DNA of 64,000 nt, taken from positions 8,608 to 72,607 of the forward strand of contig CACWQW010000010.1 of NCBI GenBank assembly GCA_902763085.1, written 5' to 3'. The translations under genes and the position numbers were made by a program. Position 1 is the first letter of the stretch, and each line of letters begins with the position of its first letter. The DNA is from Selenomonas bovis. Lineage in GTDB: Bacteria > Bacillota > Negativicutes > Selenomonadales > Selenomonadaceae. Under the pieces are notes generated by a model, which was not told the DNA's origin, ran no database searches, and saw only the letters and a list, made by a program, of their open reading frames with translations. This document shows, one piece after another, positions 9,471 to 21,927 of the stretch.

Positions 9471-10700
9471 ATGGCGCTTATTGTCAAGAAGTTCGGTGGC
9501 AGCTCTGTTGCCACCACGGAAAAAATCATGAATGTAGCGAAGCGGGTGCTCAAGGAAAAGCAGCCCGGCGACCAGATCGTCATGGTCGTGTCCGCGATGG
9601 GCGACACGACGGACGACCTCATCAAGCTCGCGCAGGGGATCAACAAGGATCCCTACCAGTACACGCGCGAGATGGACATGCTGCTCACGACGGGCGAGCA
9701 GGTCTCCATCGCGCTGCTCGCGATGGCGTTCAAGACGCTCGGGCAGCCCGCCATCTCCCTCACCGGTCCCATGGCTGGCATGCAGACGAACTCCGTGCAC
9801 ACGAAGGGCCGCATCGTCGACATCACGCCGGAGCGCGTGCGGGAGGAGCTCGACAAGGGCAATATCGTCGTCGTCGCGGGCTTCCAGGGCGCGGATGAGA
9901 AGCGCGACCCCGTGACGCTCGGCCGCGGCGGCAGCGACACGTCAGCCGTCGCGCTCGCGGGCGCGCTCAAGGCGGACAGCTGCGAGATCTTCACCGACGT
10001 CGACGGCATCTACAGCGCCGACCCGCGCATCGTCAAGGGCGCGCGCAAGATGAAGGAGATCACCTACAACGAGATGCTTGAGATGGCGCGCCTTGGCGCT
10101 GGCGTCATGCAGCCGCGCTCCGTGGAGATGGGCGAGTATTTCCACATCCCCATCCACGTGCGCTCGACCTTCACGACGAAACCCGGAACGATCATTAGGG
10201 AGGATTATACGATGGAAGATAAGGATTTTGTGATTCGCGGCGTGGCTCATGATGACAAGGTGGCGAAGATCGCCGTGCTCGGCATCCCGAATACGCCGGG
10301 CATCGCGCACGAGATTTTCTCGGCGCTCGCGGCGGCGAGCATCGATGTCGACATGATCGTGCAGAGCATCCGCAACATCGAGAAGAACGTCACGGACATG
10401 GTCTTCACGGTCGCTGCCGACGACCTCAGCCAGGCGAAGAAAGTCGTCGACAAGGTCGCGGACAAGCTCAACGCCATCGCGGTCCTCGTCGAGGAGGACG
10501 TCGCGAAGGTCTCCATCGTCGGCGCAGGCATGCTCGGCAACCCGGGCACGGCGGCGCGCATGTTCGGCGCGCTCTCGCGTGCGGGTATCAACATCGACAT
10601 CATCAGCACGTCGGAGATCAGCATCAGCTGCCTCGTCAAGGGCTCGGAGCTCAAGGAGGCCGTCAACGCCATCCACGATGAGTTCTTCCCGAAGAACTGA
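9471..10700 (+). CDS. lysC: Aspartate kinase
   Basis: VKKFGGSSV, TLGRGGSDTSA, TDVDG..ADPR, two C-terminal ACT domains. Confidence 0.95.
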   Translation: MALIVKKFGGSSVATTEKIMNVAKRVLKEKQPGDQIVMVVSAMGDTTDDLIKLAQGINKDPYQYTREMDMLLTTGEQVSIALLAMAFKTLGQPAISLTGPMAGMQTNSVHTKGRIVDITPERVREELDKGNIVVVAGFQGADEKRDPVTLGRGGSDTSAVALAGALKADSCEIFTDVDGIYSADPRIVKGARKMKEITYNEMLEMARLGAGVMQPRSVEMGEYFHIPIHVRSTFTTKPGTIIREDYTMEDKDFVIRGVAHDDKVAKIAVLGIPNTPGIAHEIFSALAAASIDVDMIVQSIRNIEKNVTDMVFTVAADDLSQAKKVVDKVADKLNAIAVLVEEDVAKVSIVGAGMLGNPGTAARMFGALSRAGINIDIISTSEISISCLVKGSELKEAVNAIHDEFFPKN

Positions 10701-10716
10701 ACACGATAGGAAATAG

Positions 10717-10760
10717 AGAAACGCCCCGTTGCATCCAACTGGAAGCAGCGGGGCGTTCTT
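10717..10760. terminator. Terminator hairpin between convergent genes
   Basis: AACGCCCCGTTGC...GCAGCGGGGCGTT inverted repeat. Confidence 0.65.
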
Positions 10761-10786
10761 GTGATCGGAGCAAGTGATAACAGGTG

Positions 10787-11467
10787 TCACTGTGCGGTCG
10801 CCATGTCCGTATAATAGTGTTCCGTGAGATCGATGAGATTGCTCGTGACGATGTAGAGGAAATCCCAGCGGTTGAGGCCGCGGCCGGTGCAGGTGAAGAT
10901 GTAGCCTCCCTGCGTCCAGCAGGCGGCGTATTCGCTCGGTCTGACCTGGGCGAGCAGCAAGCTCTTTCCCATCTGCTGCACCGGCTGCCAGTCCACGGAG
11001 TAGATGCTGGAGACCGCCGTCGCGTCCGTCGCGGTGTCGCTGCCCTTGACGCTCTCCTTGCGCGCCGTGCGGACCGTAATCTGCGCGCGCTGCGCCGGCA
11101 GCCCGTAGCGTGAGGTGTAGCGCAGGTCGCTCATCGTGCCGTCGATGACGAAGGCCTCTGTGAGCTCGTAGCCGGCGCTCTGCGGCAGGATCAGCGGGCG
11201 GAAGCCGAGGACAGAGCACATCTCGTCGTAGGAGCTGTAGGGGACGAGGGGATTCGGGATCTCCTCTTTCCCGGTGGCGGCCTGCTTGGCTGCAGGGGAC
11301 GCTTCCGCCTGCGTGCCCTGCAGCAGGGCCCCTGTATCATCCGTCGTCTGCGAGAGCACCGCCGCGGCCTCCGCCGCTGTGTTCTCCGCTGCGGCAGCGG
11401 GCGCTGACGCCGTGCCCAGCGAGAGGATTGCGGCGAGCAGCGCTGCCGTCATCAAATGTTTCTGCAT
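10787..11467 (-). CDS. Secreted hypothetical protein
   Basis: SD AGGAGG before MQKH; signal-peptide-like N-terminus, Ala-rich linker, IPNP-containing globular part. Confidence 0.8.
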   Translation of the reverse strand: MQKHLMTAALLAAILSLGTASAPAAAAENTAAEAAAVLSQTTDDTGALLQGTQAEASPAAKQAATGKEEIPNPLVPYSSYDEMCSVLGFRPLILPQSAGYELTEAFVIDGTMSDLRYTSRYGLPAQRAQITVRTARKESVKGSDTATDATAVSSIYSVDWQPVQQMGKSLLLAQVRPSEYAACWTQGGYIFTCTGRGLNRWDFLYIVTSNLIDLTEHYYTDMATAQ

Positions 11468-11640
11468 GAAAATCTTCCTCCTGTCCATGCGATTTCTGCT
11501 TCATTCTATCATAGATGGCAACGGATGTCATTTTTGTGACCTCGCTCTAAGTTGAGAGGCTGCGGGACGAGGAGTTTTCCTGCACTGTGTCGAAAAGATA
11601 GAGAAAGGGATGGGAACGGATCGATGGGGGAGGCGAGACG

Positions 11641-12027
11641 ATGAGGAAACGATACGAGAACGCGCGGCTCGAGAGCCTCATCCGCCGGGCGCGCGTGCGC
11701 TTCATGGAACGCTTGCGCGCGGCGTATTTCCACGGGCGGACGGAGCGCTTCCTCGTGCGGTATCGCCTCGCGGAGGCGGGCGGGGCGGCAGAGGGGCTGC
11801 TGCCGCTCGCGAAGGCGGCGGCAGACCTCGTGGAGCTGCGCCTCCGCCAGGCATGGCGTGGCGGCTACCTCTCGTCCTGCCTCGCAGATCTCGACCTCGC
11901 GGACCTGCTCGCGCGAACGGACACGCAGAAGAAGCGCCCGTCCCTGCATCTCGTGCAGCGGGAAAACCAAGCGGCGGCCGCAGGACGCCAACCTTCGGCT
12001 TCAGCGTCGCTGCATCTCGTCAAATAA
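11641..12027 (+). CDS. Hypothetical basic protein
   Basis: SD GGGGAGG, ATG start, 128 aa; no family recognised. Confidence 0.55.
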   Translation: MRKRYENARLESLIRRARVRFMERLRAAYFHGRTERFLVRYRLAEAGGAAEGLLPLAKAAADLVELRLRQAWRGGYLSSCLADLDLADLLARTDTQKKRPSLHLVQRENQAAAAGRQPSASASLHLVK

Positions 12028-12146
12028 GACGATAGGAACAAACGGCCATTTACGGACGTCGTGCCTCGTCTTACCGTACGTCCAGCCGATCAGGCTGTGC
12101 CTGCACCTTGCGCTCCTCGGGCGTTCCGGCGAAAAAAGTTCGCTAT

Positions 12147-12199
12147 AAAGGTCAAAAAATCAAAATAATGTTTGACATTTTGACCTTTGCGTGTATAAT
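12147..12199 (+). promoter_or_regulatory. clpB promoter with a CtsR-like operator
   Basis: AAAGGTCAAAAAATCAAA-N6-TTTGACATTTTGACCTTT (inverted GGTCAAA-type heptad pairs) overlapping TTGACA-16 bp-TATAAT. Confidence 0.75.
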
Positions 12200-12245
12200 A
12201 GAGGCAGAAAGAAAAAAGGAAACAACTTCTGCTCAGGAGGGATTT

Positions 12246-14822
<2,577 letters not shown>

Positions 14823-14865
14823 GCGGCGGGGAGGGGAAGAGAACCTTTCCCTTGCCAGATCAAAC

Positions 14866-14925
14866 ATGAAAAAGCTGTGCCTGACGCCACGATCGGTGGT
14901 GTCAGGCACAGCTTTTCATTTTTTC
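14866..14925. terminator. Bidirectional intrinsic terminator (clpB / LysR gene)
   Basis: AAAAGCTGTGCCTGAC...GTCAGGCACAGCTTTT stem with A/T tracts on both sides. Confidence 0.85.
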
Positions 14926-14927
14926 TT

Positions 14928-15836
14928 TTACGCGCGGGCGCTGCCCGTGTCCGTGGCTTCGCGCGCCTTGAGCGTCTCCTTGCAGAAGTCGATGAAGGAC
15001 TGCGCTGCCTTGGAGATGTAGCGGTCTTTCTTCCAGGCGAGGCCGACGTCGACGAAGATCGGATCGGCGAGCGGGATCGCCTTGACGCCGGGCGCGTCCT
15101 CGAGGACCATGTCGAGGAGGAACGAGATGCCGACACCACTTGCGACGAGCCCCTTGATCGTGACGACCTGGTTCGACTCGAGCACGATGTTCGGCGCGAT
15201 GTTGTCCTCCTTGAGCCTGCCGAGGATCGTTTGGCGCAGGAAGGAGCCCTCCTTGAGCATGATGACGTTGGAGGCGGCGATGTCTTCCTTCGTGAGGCAT
15301 GCCTTCTTGGCGAGGGCGCTGCTCTCCGGCACGCAGGCGACGATCTGGCTCGTCGTCATCGGCAGGAGCTGCAGGTTGTGCGAGGCGCCGGAGATGATGA
15401 TGATGCCGAAATCGAGCTCATCGCGCTCGAGCTGCTCGCGGATCGACATGGAGCCTTCCTCGTGCAGGTAGATGTCGAGATGAGAGTACTTCTTCTGGAA
15501 GCTCGAGAAGATCTTCGGGAAGAGGTAGGCGCCCATCATCGGCGGGATGCCGATCTTGATCGTGCCCTTCTGGAGCTGCTTGTAATCGTTGACTTCGAGC
15601 ACGGCGTCCTGGATGTTCCGCAGCGCGAGCTCGATGCGATTGAGGAAGACGGCGCCCTCCGGCGTGAGCGCGAGCTGCTTCTGGCTGCGGTCGAAGAGCT
15701 GGATGCCGAGCTCCGCCTCCAGCTTCTTGATGGCGACGGTAATGTTCGGCTGCGAGACGCGCAGGCGTTCGGCAGCGCGCGTGATGTTGCGCAGTCGGCT
15801 CGCCATCTGGAAATATTCGAGTTGACGTAATTCCAT
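14928..15836 (-). CDS. LysR-family transcriptional regulator
   Basis: MELRQLEYF...ITRAAERLRVSQPNITVAIKKLEAELG HTH plus substrate-binding domain. Confidence 0.95.
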   Translation of the reverse strand: MELRQLEYFQMASRLRNITRAAERLRVSQPNITVAIKKLEAELGIQLFDRSQKQLALTPEGAVFLNRIELALRNIQDAVLEVNDYKQLQKGTIKIGIPPMMGAYLFPKIFSSFQKKYSHLDIYLHEEGSMSIREQLERDELDFGIIIISGASHNLQLLPMTTSQIVACVPESSALAKKACLTKEDIAASNVIMLKEGSFLRQTILGRLKEDNIAPNIVLESNQVVTIKGLVASGVGISFLLDMVLEDAPGVKAIPLADPIFVDVGLAWKKDRYISKAAQSFIDFCKETLKAREATDTGSARA

Positions 15837-16033
15837 GCGATCGCTTCTTTCTCTATAAATTTCACTTATCTCAAGGTATTATACCATAGATGAAGGGGGA
15901 ATATGATAAAATAAAGCAAAATTATTGACTACGGAATGAGGAAAATTTCTCACCAAAAGTAGGATTTCCTTTTTTGGCGGGGAATGTTATACTAAGACGA
16001 GCGGAGAAGACACAAGGATGGATATAGGGGGTC

Positions 16034-16813
16034 TTGTATTTGGAAATTTCGACAATCATTGGCTTGTGCCTGGGATTTTTCTGCATTTTCTTTGGCATGG
16101 TCTTGAAGGGAGCTCCGCTGAGCGCCTTGAACAATCCGGCAGCATTCCTCATCATCATCGGTGGTACGGTCGCCTGCCTGTTCAACGCGTTTCGCATGGA
16201 TGAACTGAAAACGTTGCCGAAGATCCTCAAGATGACGATTCATAAGTCCGCGACGCATGAGAAGTCGGAGCTGCTGCAGCTCTTCGTCGAGCTGTCGCAG
16301 ATTGCGCGGCGCGAGGGTATCCTCGCCCTCGAGAACAAGGTCTCCGATATCGATGATCCCTTCTTCCGGACGGGACTCAACATGGTCATCGACGGTATGG
16401 ACCCCGACTTCGTCAGCGACGTGCTCGATGCGGAGCTTGCGGTCATGCAGGAGCGCCACTCGACGGGACGCTCGATGCTCGTACAGGCGGGCACGTACGC
16501 GCCGACACTCGGCGTCCTCGGCGCCGTCGTCGGCCTCATCGCGGCGCTCGGCAACCTCGATGATATCAATAAATTAGGTCACGCGGTCGCCGCAGCGTTC
16601 GTCGCGACGATCCTCGGTATCTTCACTGCTTACGTCCTCTGGCTGCCGCTCGCCAACAAGCTGAAACTGCTCTCGGAGGAGGAGGTCAGCGAGAAGCGCA
16701 TGATCATCGAGGGCATCCTCTCCCTGCAGGCAGGCGATTCGCCGACGGCGATCGAGGCGAAGCTCATGGTCTTCATCCCGCAGTCGGAACGCGAAAATGT
16801 GAAGAAGGAGTGA
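16034..16813 (+). CDS. motA: Flagellar stator protein MotA
   Basis: ARREGILALE, YAPTLGVLGAVVGLI, AFVATILGI. Confidence 0.93.
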   Translation: MYLEISTIIGLCLGFFCIFFGMVLKGAPLSALNNPAAFLIIIGGTVACLFNAFRMDELKTLPKILKMTIHKSATHEKSELLQLFVELSQIARREGILALENKVSDIDDPFFRTGLNMVIDGMDPDFVSDVLDAELAVMQERHSTGRSMLVQAGTYAPTLGVLGAVVGLIAALGNLDDINKLGHAVAAAFVATILGIFTAYVLWLPLANKLKLLSEEEVSEKRMIIEGILSLQAGDSPTAIEAKLMVFIPQSERENVKKE

Positions 16814-16817
16814 TTGC

Positions 16818-17684
16818 ATGGCTCGCAAGAAACGTGGCCCGAAAAAAGAGGAAGAGGCCGGCGAGGCTTGGCTTCTGCCGTACTCTGACCTCATGACGCT
16901 CCTTTTGGCGCTCTTCATCTCGCTCTTCGCCATCTCGCAGACGGACCAGAAGAAGGTATCGGACCTCGCGCAGGCGTTCAGCTCGGCCTTCAATATGGGC
17001 GGCCCGTCGATGTTTGACAAGATGGGACCGAATCCTGGGCGCCGCGCGGAGATGCCGTCGGACGAAGACCTCGGCAACTCCGCTTACATCCAGGAGAACC
17101 AGTCGCTCGAGCAGGCGAAGAAAGAGATGGATGAGTACATCGATCAGAACCAGCTCTCCGACCAGCTCTCGACGGAGCTCACGGAGGATGGTCTGCTCAT
17201 CCGCATCAAGGAGAAAGCGCTCTTCCCCTCGGGCTCGGCGGAGCTCGTCGGGCAGGCGCAGAACATCGGCCCCGTCGTCGCGGGACTGCTCGCCTCGATC
17301 CCGGAGCGCGTCGTCATCTCCGGTCACACGGACAACGTGCCGATCAGCAGCGCGCAGTATCCGTCGAACTGGGAGCTCAGCTCGCAGCGCGCGCTCAACT
17401 TCATGAAGTACCTGCTCTCAATCAATCCGAAGCTCCAGCCGCAGCGCTTCAGCGCCATCGGCTACAGTGAGTACCGGCCGATCGCGGATAACAGCACGGA
17501 GGAGGGGCGGACGAAGAATCGCCGCGTCGAGATCCTCATCGCGCGCAATCTCCGCTTCAATCCGAATGAGAGCGGCACGAATCCGAACAAGGACACGGGA
17601 GATGCCGCACCGGCGAGCACGGGCGGTGCAGTGCCGAACGCCGCGGTGGCGGATGGCTCGCATGTGACGACGACGACATTCTGA
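16818..17684 (+). CDS. motB: Flagellar stator protein MotB
   Basis: WLLPYSDLMTLLLALF, OmpA-like GHTDN..NWELSSQRA..NRRVEI. Confidence 0.93.
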   Translation: MARKKRGPKKEEEAGEAWLLPYSDLMTLLLALFISLFAISQTDQKKVSDLAQAFSSAFNMGGPSMFDKMGPNPGRRAEMPSDEDLGNSAYIQENQSLEQAKKEMDEYIDQNQLSDQLSTELTEDGLLIRIKEKALFPSGSAELVGQAQNIGPVVAGLLASIPERVVISGHTDNVPISSAQYPSNWELSSQRALNFMKYLLSINPKLQPQRFSAIGYSEYRPIADNSTEEGRTKNRRVEILIARNLRFNPNESGTNPNKDTGDAAPASTGGAVPNAAVADGSHVTTTTF

Positions 17685-17737
17685 GGGGCGCGGATGGATT
17701 GCAGCGGCGATCTCATCCATGCGTTCAAGTGGCAATC

Positions 17738-17786
17738 AGGGGACTGCTGCACAGGGGAACGACTTGTGCGCAGTCCTTTTTCTTTT
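17738..17786 (+). terminator. Intrinsic terminator after motB
   Basis: GGACTGC..GCAGTCC stem plus T-tract. Confidence 0.7.
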
Positions 17787-17831
17787 CATCGCCCCTGCCG
17801 TATATGTGAAAAGAGGAGAGGAGGAGAGACG

Positions 17832-18209
17832 ATGCTAGCAGGAATCGGCACAGACATTGTAGAAATCAATCGTGTGCGCAAGGCCATCGAGAACCCTCGC
17901 TTCCGCGCGCGCGTCTACACGCCGGCAGAGCGCAGCTACTGCGAGCAGCGCGGCGCAGCGCGGGCAGCGTCGTATGCGGCGCGTTTCGCAGGCAAGGAGG
18001 CGGTGCTCAAGGCATTTGGGACGGGCCTTCGCGAGGGGACGCTGCAGGACATCGAGATCCTGCCGGATGCGCTCGGGTGCCCCAGGGTGCGATTGTCCGG
18101 CTATTTTGCCGAACTCGCGCGGGAGAAGGGCATCGAGCGCGTGGAGATATCTCTGAGCCATGCGCGGGAATACGCGACGGCGCAATGCGTGATGGAGGGA
18201 AAGGCATGA
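17832..18209 (+). CDS. acpS: Holo-ACP synthase
   Basis: GIGTDIVEI, AARFAGKEAVLKAFGTG, ISLSH. Confidence 0.95.
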   Translation: MLAGIGTDIVEINRVRKAIENPRFRARVYTPAERSYCEQRGAARAASYAARFAGKEAVLKAFGTGLREGTLQDIEILPDALGCPRVRLSGYFAELAREKGIERVEISLSHAREYATAQCVMEGKA

Positions 18210-19774
18210 AAATATCACTTGCTGAGGAAATGCGGGGCATCGACCGGAAGGCGGCGCAGGAGTACGGCCTGCAGACGGCGGTCCTCATGGAGAACGCCGG
18301 CCATCGGGCGGCGGAGGCCGTCGAAGAGCTCCTCGGGAAGCCCGCGGCGGGCAAGAGCGTCATCGTGCTCGCAGGCACGGGCAACAACGGTGGAGATGCC
18401 TTCGCGGCGGCGCGGCATCTCGCGAACCTGGGCGTGCGCCTGAAGATCTTCTGCATCGGTGATCCGGCGCACCGCACGCCTGCCGCTGAGGCGAACCTCG
18501 CTACGGTCAAGAAGATGGGCATGGAGATCCACGAGCTCGACAGCGACCGCGTCTGGGACCGCCTGACGGTCTCCCTGCGCTTCGCGGATGCCGTGCTTGA
18601 CGGCGTGCTCGGCACGGGCTTTTGCGGCGAGCTCCGCAAGCCCGTGCTGAGGCTCATCGAGCTCGTGAACAGCCAGTGCAAGCCCGTGGTCTCCATCGAT
18701 ATCCCCTCGGGGGTCGCAGCGGATACCGGGGCGGTCTCGACCGTCGCGATCCAGGCGGCGGCGACGCTCGCGCTCGGCCTGCCGAAAGTGGGGCATTTCC
18801 TCTGCCCCGGCGCGGCGTCGACAGGCAAGCTGCTCGTCGATGACATCGGCCTGCCGCTCGCGCTGCTCGAGGGAAAGGAGATGCGGCAGACGCTGCTCGA
18901 CGATGCGCTCGCCGCCACGCTCCTGCCGCTGCGCGCGCTCGACGCGCACAAGGGGACGTGCGGGCGAATCCTCGTCGTCGCGGGCTCCCGCGGCATGACG
19001 GGCGCGGCGTACCTCGCCTCTCTCGCGGCGCTGCGCGTCGGCGCCGGCATGGTGACGCTCGCCGTGCCGGAGAGCCTCGCAGACCTCATGGAGATGAAGA
19101 CGACAGAGGTCATGACCGTCCCCGTGCCGGAATGTGCGCCGGGCGTCATGGGCGGCGATGAGGCGCTCTCCCGCTTGCTCGAGCTCTCAGGTGGCAAGGA
19201 CGTGGTGCTCCTGGGGCCTGGTCTCGGCAGGGCGGAGGCGACGGGCGAGATGGTGCGCAAGTTCGCCACCTATGTCGAGATGCCGCTCGTGCTCGATGCG
19301 GATGCGGTCTACGCGTTCCGCGGGCATCTCAAGGATCTGCCGCGCTGCAAGCAGGTGCCCGTCCTGACGCCGCACCTCGGTGAGCTCGCGGGCCTGCTCG
19401 GCAAGACGATCGAAGAGCTCCGCGGCGCCCTGCTCGCCAGCGTGCGGGAGGCGGCGGACCGCCTGCAATGCGTGATCGCGGCGAAGAGCGAGTGCACGCT
19501 CATCGCCTATCCGAACGGCGAGGTCTTCTTCACGACGAAGGGAAATCCCGGCATGGCGACGGCTGGCTGCGGCGACGTGCTCGCCGGTGCGATCGCAGGG
19601 ATCATGCGCCAGACAGAGAGCGGCCTCGCGCCGCTCGCCGGCGTCTACCTGCACGGCCTCGCGGGCGATCTTGCGGCGTCTCGCGAGGGCGAGGGCCTCA
19701 TCGCCACCGACGTGCTCGCGGAGCTGCCGCGCGCCCTCGTGAAACTGCGCCACCTGCAGGCAGAGATGGCGTGA
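18206..19774 (+). CDS. nnr: Bifunctional NAD(P)H-hydrate epimerase/dehydratase
   Basis: LMENAG, GNNGGD, DIPSG, HKGTCG, TPHLGE, MATAGCGDVLAG. Confidence 0.93.
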   Translation: MKISLAEEMRGIDRKAAQEYGLQTAVLMENAGHRAAEAVEELLGKPAAGKSVIVLAGTGNNGGDAFAAARHLANLGVRLKIFCIGDPAHRTPAAEANLATVKKMGMEIHELDSDRVWDRLTVSLRFADAVLDGVLGTGFCGELRKPVLRLIELVNSQCKPVVSIDIPSGVAADTGAVSTVAIQAAATLALGLPKVGHFLCPGAASTGKLLVDDIGLPLALLEGKEMRQTLLDDALAATLLPLRALDAHKGTCGRILVVAGSRGMTGAAYLASLAALRVGAGMVTLAVPESLADLMEMKTTEVMTVPVPECAPGVMGGDEALSRLLELSGGKDVVLLGPGLGRAEATGEMVRKFATYVEMPLVLDADAVYAFRGHLKDLPRCKQVPVLTPHLGELAGLLGKTIEELRGALLASVREAADRLQCVIAAKSECTLIAYPNGEVFFTTKGNPGMATAGCGDVLAGAIAGIMRQTESGLAPLAGVYLHGLAGDLAASREGEGLIATDVLAELPRALVKLRHLQAEMA

Positions 19775-19809
19775 GACACCTTCGGACGCAAGGAGAATGC
19801 GTTTACAAC

Positions 19810-19838
19810 TTGACAATCAGAAGACGTAGGATTAGAAT
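19810..19838 (+). promoter_or_regulatory. Sigma-A-type promoter of ilvE
   Basis: TTGACA-17 bp-TAGAAT. Confidence 0.75.
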
Positions 19839-19911
19839 AGGAATCACTTTAGCGGATCGGATGCCAGTCATTCGCATCCGGGAAGATATGTAACGAAAAG
19901 GGGCAATTTTT

Positions 19912-20937
19912 ATGGCAAAGGTGAATGTCGATTGGTCAAAACTGGGCTTTGCGTACCAGCCGATCTCGAAGCGTTACGTGGCGAACTACAAGGACGGCAA
20001 ATGGGGCAAGGGCGGCCTCACGGACGATCCGAACGTCACGCTCAACGAATGCGCCGGCATCCTGCAGTACTGCCAGGAAGTCTTTGAGGGTCTCAAGGCG
20101 TACAAGACCGAGGACGGCCGCACGGTGACGTTCCGTCCGGACATGAACGCGAAGCGCATGATCGACTCCGCGAAGCGCCTCGAGATGCCCCCGGTCTCCG
20201 AAGAGATGTTCCTGGAGGCTGTCGATCAGGTCGTCGCGGCGAACAAGGATTGGATTCCGCCGTTCGAGACGGGCGGCGCGCTCTACCTGCGCCCCTACCT
20301 CTTCGCCTCCGGTCCGGTCATCGGCGTCAAGCCGTCCGATGAGTACCAGTTCCGCCTCTTCGGCACGCCGGTCGGCTCCTACTTCAAGAACGGTGTAAAG
20401 CCCATCACGATCTGCGTGAGCGATTTCGACCGCGCTGCCCCGCACGGCACGGGCCACATCAAGGCGGGCCTCAACTACGCGATGAGCCTCCACGCCTACA
20501 TCACGGCGCATACGAACGGCTTTGACGAGAATATGTTCCTCGACCCGGCGACGCGCACGTACGTCGAGGAAACGGGCGGCGCGAACTTCCTCTTCGTCAA
20601 GAAAGACGGCACGCTCGTAACGCCGAAGTCCGACTCCATCCTGCCGTCCATCACGCGCCGTTCCCTCGTGACGATCGCGACGGACATGCTCGGCATGAAG
20701 GTCGAGCATCGCCCCGTGAAGCTCACGGAAGTGGCGGACTTCGCGGAAGCCGGCCTCTGCGGCACGGCGGCGGTCATCTGCCCCGTGGGCAGGGTCGTCG
20801 ATCACGACAAGGTCATCAATATCGCAAGCGGCATGGAGAAGATGGGGCCAGTCCTGCAGAAGCTCTACGATACGCTGCGCGGCATCCAGCTCGGCCAGAT
20901 CGAGGGCCCTGCAGGCTGGGTGCACGAAGTCAAATAA
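19912..20937 (+). CDS. ilvE: Branched-chain amino acid aminotransferase
   Basis: YCQEVFEGLKAY, LYLRP, KAGLNYA, EETGGANF, ILPSITR, GTAAVI. Confidence 0.95.
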   Translation: MAKVNVDWSKLGFAYQPISKRYVANYKDGKWGKGGLTDDPNVTLNECAGILQYCQEVFEGLKAYKTEDGRTVTFRPDMNAKRMIDSAKRLEMPPVSEEMFLEAVDQVVAANKDWIPPFETGGALYLRPYLFASGPVIGVKPSDEYQFRLFGTPVGSYFKNGVKPITICVSDFDRAAPHGTGHIKAGLNYAMSLHAYITAHTNGFDENMFLDPATRTYVEETGGANFLFVKKDGTLVTPKSDSILPSITRRSLVTIATDMLGMKVEHRPVKLTEVADFAEAGLCGTAAVICPVGRVVDHDKVINIASGMEKMGPVLQKLYDTLRGIQLGQIEGPAGWVHEVK

Positions 20938-20952
20938 TTCCATTTTGTGAAG

Positions 20953-20983
20953 AAAGATCCCGGGGCATGCCTCGGGATCTTTT
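20953..20983 (+). terminator. Intrinsic terminator after ilvE
   Basis: AAAGATCCCG..CGGGATCTTTT. Confidence 0.8.
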
Positions 20984-21072
20984 GCGGTTCAGTTTTTTCT
21001 CTGGAAAACAAGGATTTTAGCGAAAGTGGCGAGAATAAAATAGGAAAAGGGTTTTACTCGCAGTAAGGGGTC

Positions 21073-21927
21073 TTGCTTATGCCGATCGATTTTCAATTTC
21101 CACAGATGCCGTTGCAGATACGGGGGATCCTCTCGACGGTCGGCCTGCTCGATATTGTCGATATCCTGATCGTTGCCATCATCCTTTATAAGATCTATGA
21201 GATGCTGCAGGATACGCGGGCAATCACGCTCGTCAAGGGACTTCTCGTGCTGCTCGGCGTGACGCTCGTCTGCAACTGGCTGGAGCTGCACGTCATCTCC
21301 TGGCTCCTGCAGAAGGCGGTGACGCTCATCTTCGTCGCGCTCCCCATCGTCTTCCAGCCGGAGCTGCGCCGCGGGCTCGAGCATCTCGGGCAGGGGCGCT
21401 TCCTCGGCAACGGCTCCCTGCTCGACGATGAGCAGGCGCGCTCAGTCGTGCATGAGCTCGCGCGTGCCGTGCGGACGCTTTCCTCCACGAAGACGGGTGC
21501 CCTGCTCGTCATCGAGCGCGAGATGGGACTCAACGACATCAGCGCGACGGGCATCCAGATCGACGGGCTCATCACGGCGGATTTCCTGCTCAACGTCTTC
21601 ATCCCCAACACGCCGCTGCACGATGGCGCTGCTGTGATCCGCGGCAATCGCCTCATCGCGGCGGGGTGCCTGTTGCCGCTCACGGAGAACCGGTCGCTTT
21701 CGACGGAGCTCGGCACGCGCCACCGCGCCGCCATCGGCCTTTCTGAGCAGTGCGATGCGCTCATCGTCGTTGTGAGCGAGGAGACGGGGACGATCTCCGT
21801 CGCGGAGAACGGGCACATCATGCGCCATCTCGATACGGAGACGCTCAAGGCCATCCTCGAGCCCGCCTTCTCCTCCCCCAAGCAGGGGCTGCGTGAGATG
21901 TGGGAGAACTGGAGGCACAAGAAATGA
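21073..21927 (+). CDS. cdaA: Diadenylate cyclase CdaA/DacA
   Basis: Three TM helices, FQPELRR, PLHDGA, LGTRHRAA, VSEETG. Confidence 0.95.
   Translation: MLMPIDFQFPQMPLQIRGILSTVGLLDIVDILIVAIILYKIYEMLQDTRAITLVKGLLVLLGVTLVCNWLELHVISWLLQKAVTLIFVALPIVFQPELRRGLEHLGQGRFLGNGSLLDDEQARSVVHELARAVRTLSSTKTGALLVIEREMGLNDISATGIQIDGLITADFLLNVFIPNTPLHDGAAVIRGNRLIAAGCLLPLTENRSLSTELGTRHRAAIGLSEQCDALIVVVSEETGTISVAENGHIMRHLDTETLKAILEPAFSSPKQGLREMWENWRHKK

Noticed and set aside
12108-12245. N-terminal extension of ClpB, or a CIRCE element
   Set aside because: The region contains the promoter and SD for ATG 12246; no TTAGCACTC-N9-GAGTGCTAA.
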